A stretch of DNA of 62,494 nucleotides, counting the filler, from Globobulimina sp. (Eukaryota): the NCBI GenBank assembly GCA_003354225.1. It is 28 parts of 28 records of this genome, joined end to end, with 100 filler letters (N's around TTAATTAATTAA, not from the genome) between each part and the next. Parts side by side here need not be neighbours in the genome. Positions count along the whole stretch, not along the records: positions 60,361 to 62,494 come from PIVH01008733.1; 27 more parts are not named here. One strand, given 5' to 3'. This document shows, one piece after another, positions 60,361-62,494 of the stretch. The notes under the pieces are model-generated. The model saw nothing but the letters and a program-made list of their open reading frames with translations, made no database searches and was not told the DNA's origin. The position numbers were made by a program, and so were the translations under genes. The first letter of the stretch is position 1, and each line of letters opens with the position of its first letter.

Positions 60361-61259
60361 ATATGGAGGACCGAAGAATTGCGATATCCGACTTATCAGC
60401 AAAATTAAACCACCCCTTCCTCGCTCAAAACAAGTTTAGTGCCTATCCTTGCACTCAAATTAAAATATCAATCAATAAAACTTGCACTCAATTAAGCTGT
60501 CGTTTATTTTGTATCATCGATGGCCACGGCGGCTCTGCGGTGTCCTCCAATTGCCAGACCCATCTCCCTTCGCTATTTATCGATAACCTTCAAAAATATG
60601 TGGTTTGCAATGCAACAAAACCGGAAAACGAGCCTGCAAATATCCAACGTGCATTGCATGCAACCTTCAAATTATTCGATGAGAAAATATTAAAAATGAT
60701 GGGCTCGATATCGATGAAAAGCGAAGGTGCGACGTGCACGTTGGTGTACTTTCAAAATGATGCGGTGTTCACGGCCAATATTGGCGACTCCAAAGCTGTG
60801 TTGGCGAGGATCGCCAAATCGAGTGTGGATGCCATGGATTATACGGAACAGAAGGTACAGGCTTTGGTGTTGACGAAGGACCATACGATATTGCAGTTGA
60901 GTGAGGTGAAACGGATCGAATCTTGCAATGGATTTATTGCCAATGGCCGCGTGAATGGCATATTAGCGGTGACGCGTTGTTTTGGCGACGGTGAGATGAA
61001 GAAAATCGGTGTGAGTGCGGCGCCGAATATATCTAAATTTAAGGTGTGCGCACGGGATAAGTTTCTGATCATTGCTTGTGATGGATTATGGTCTGTGTTT
61101 TCGGTGTGCGATGCGGTGGAATTTGTGTATGCGAAATTGAATCATGTGTCGAGGCCGTCGGTGGAAGAGGTAACGAGGCAGTTGTTGGCCGATGCGATAT
61201 TGAACAAGCAAGCTAAAGATAATGTGTCTGCCATTATTGTTTGTTTTAATAATGACTGA
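60361..61259 (+). CDS. Protein phosphatase 2C (PPM family), probably 5' partial
   Basis: MED, DGHGG, ANIGDS, TKDH, LAVTRCFGD, IACDGLW, DNVS. Confidence 0.93.
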
Positions 61260-61372
61260 ATTTTTTAATTTAATGTTTTACGGATTTATTGTCGGCTTTC
61301 ACAGATTTTTCACTGGAATCAGTAACTATTTTTTACTTCACTCAAACAAATTAATCAGACCAACTTAAAGAA

Positions 61373-62450
61373 TGACTGAGAATGCTGATACTTTTTGTCC
61401 TCCATCACCAAAAAGACAAAGATGTTCTCCAAATGAAAGCAAAAATATTAAAAGATGTTACATTGAACGAGATTGAAACCTTGAAAAGAAAGCAGTTACA
61501 ATCACTTTGCAAATCACCTAAAATAAAAGCAAATTCCAAGAATGTTATATTAGTTCAGAAATTAAAGGAAAAATGGAATGGAATGAAATCAACGAAATGG
61601 CAGAACTGACAGAACAAGAATCAAATCGAATGGATATCGATGATATTATTTGTGATGATCTCATCCAATACATTTTCTCATTTTGTCCTTTATCTTCGAT
61701 GAATTTAATTTGTTCGAAATGGAATAAATTATCGATACGTAATTCGAATCAATATTTAAATGAGAAATATAATGCAATCCAATTACAACATGAACATATA
61801 AATAATAAAGCAAATAAAGCGAGGGTTTAATGCCCAATCAATGATTTCGGAGAAGCGTGGAAAAAATCCAAATCAGGCGATATTTGGTTGATCCATGATG
61901 CACAATATGTGGCTGATAAAAATATCGGAGGAGAGGCTGAGGCTCCTTGGTTTTTGGGCAAATGGTGGGATAAAAATTTATCATTAATCGGAGTTGGAAG
62001 CAATGTAAATATTGTTTACGAGCAATCCATTTTCTTCAGAAATACTTTGTATTTCGAGAATATAACGTTTTCAATCGATGTGATTGCGGCAAATGAATCT
62101 ATTTTATCTCTGAAAATTGTAAATTTCCAAAAGCATATATTATGATTCAAAATGGAGCCACTGCACAGATTGAACATTGTTCATTTATAGCACAAAAAGG
62201 GAGTGATCCAGCAATTATTAATAAGGTTCATCCCAAAGCAAAAAATGTGCAAATTATGAATTGTCATTTTGAAAATTTTGGAAAATCGGGAATTAACTAT
62301 ATATTACAATGAAAGTATGATAATTGAAGGAGAATTTAGTTGTATTATAATTATTATGATGATCAACCGGAATATATTTTAAATGAATTGGTTCAACTTA
62401 AAATCGTTGATAATGTATTCAAATTAAGAATAATTTCTGTTGTCCGATAG
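61373..62450 (+). pseudogene. Disrupted gene: SAP-like + F-box-like + beta-helix-like segments
   Basis: LKRKQLQSLCK..KIKANSKN..LVQKL, then ICDDLIQYIFSF...LICSKW, then SGDIWLIH...LSLIGVG, spread over several frames with stops. Confidence 0.45.
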
Positions 62451-62494
62451 TTGAACGGCATCCGGTCACAGATCATATTGAACCTAAAAAATAT

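Overview
This is not a contiguous locus. It is 28 unrelated contigs of 2137 to 2134 bp, sorted by decreasing length and joined by an artificial 100-nt linker (N44-TTAATTAATTAA-N44), so no synteny can be read across linkers. Most contigs are AT-rich eukaryotic genomic DNA in the standard code, with short GT-AG introns (about 40-120 nt) and poly-Asn/Gln tracts. The style suggests a rhizarian, probably foraminiferan, protist (inference only). Recognisable genes: tRNA-Pro(CGG), a degenerate class III cyclase, a PH-domain protein, a CAMK-type kinase, prolyl 4-hydroxylase, a C2H2 zinc finger, RPT5, SLC12, an SDR, a chromodomain protein, an SNM1/Artemis-family nuclease, a LamG-domain protein, APC1, TFIP11, two DMT/SLC35 transporters, BRR2, MLH1, a metallophosphoesterase, a VPS9 protein and PP2C. 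Mobile or foreign DNA: a non-LTR retrotransposon 3' half with RNase H, a MULE transposase fragment, and a bacterial LpxL fragment joined to a eukaryotic gene. The most unusual contig (49189-51323) carries a Polinton/Maverick-type protein-primed DNA polymerase B split by three predicted spliceosomal introns. Intron 1 holds a GC-rich multi-hairpin element; intron 2 starts with three tandem palindromes and may use a non-AG acceptor. A GC-rich multi-hairpin stretch at 10723-10851 is an unexplained structured-RNA/element candidate. All family assignments come from motif recognition by eye, without database searches.
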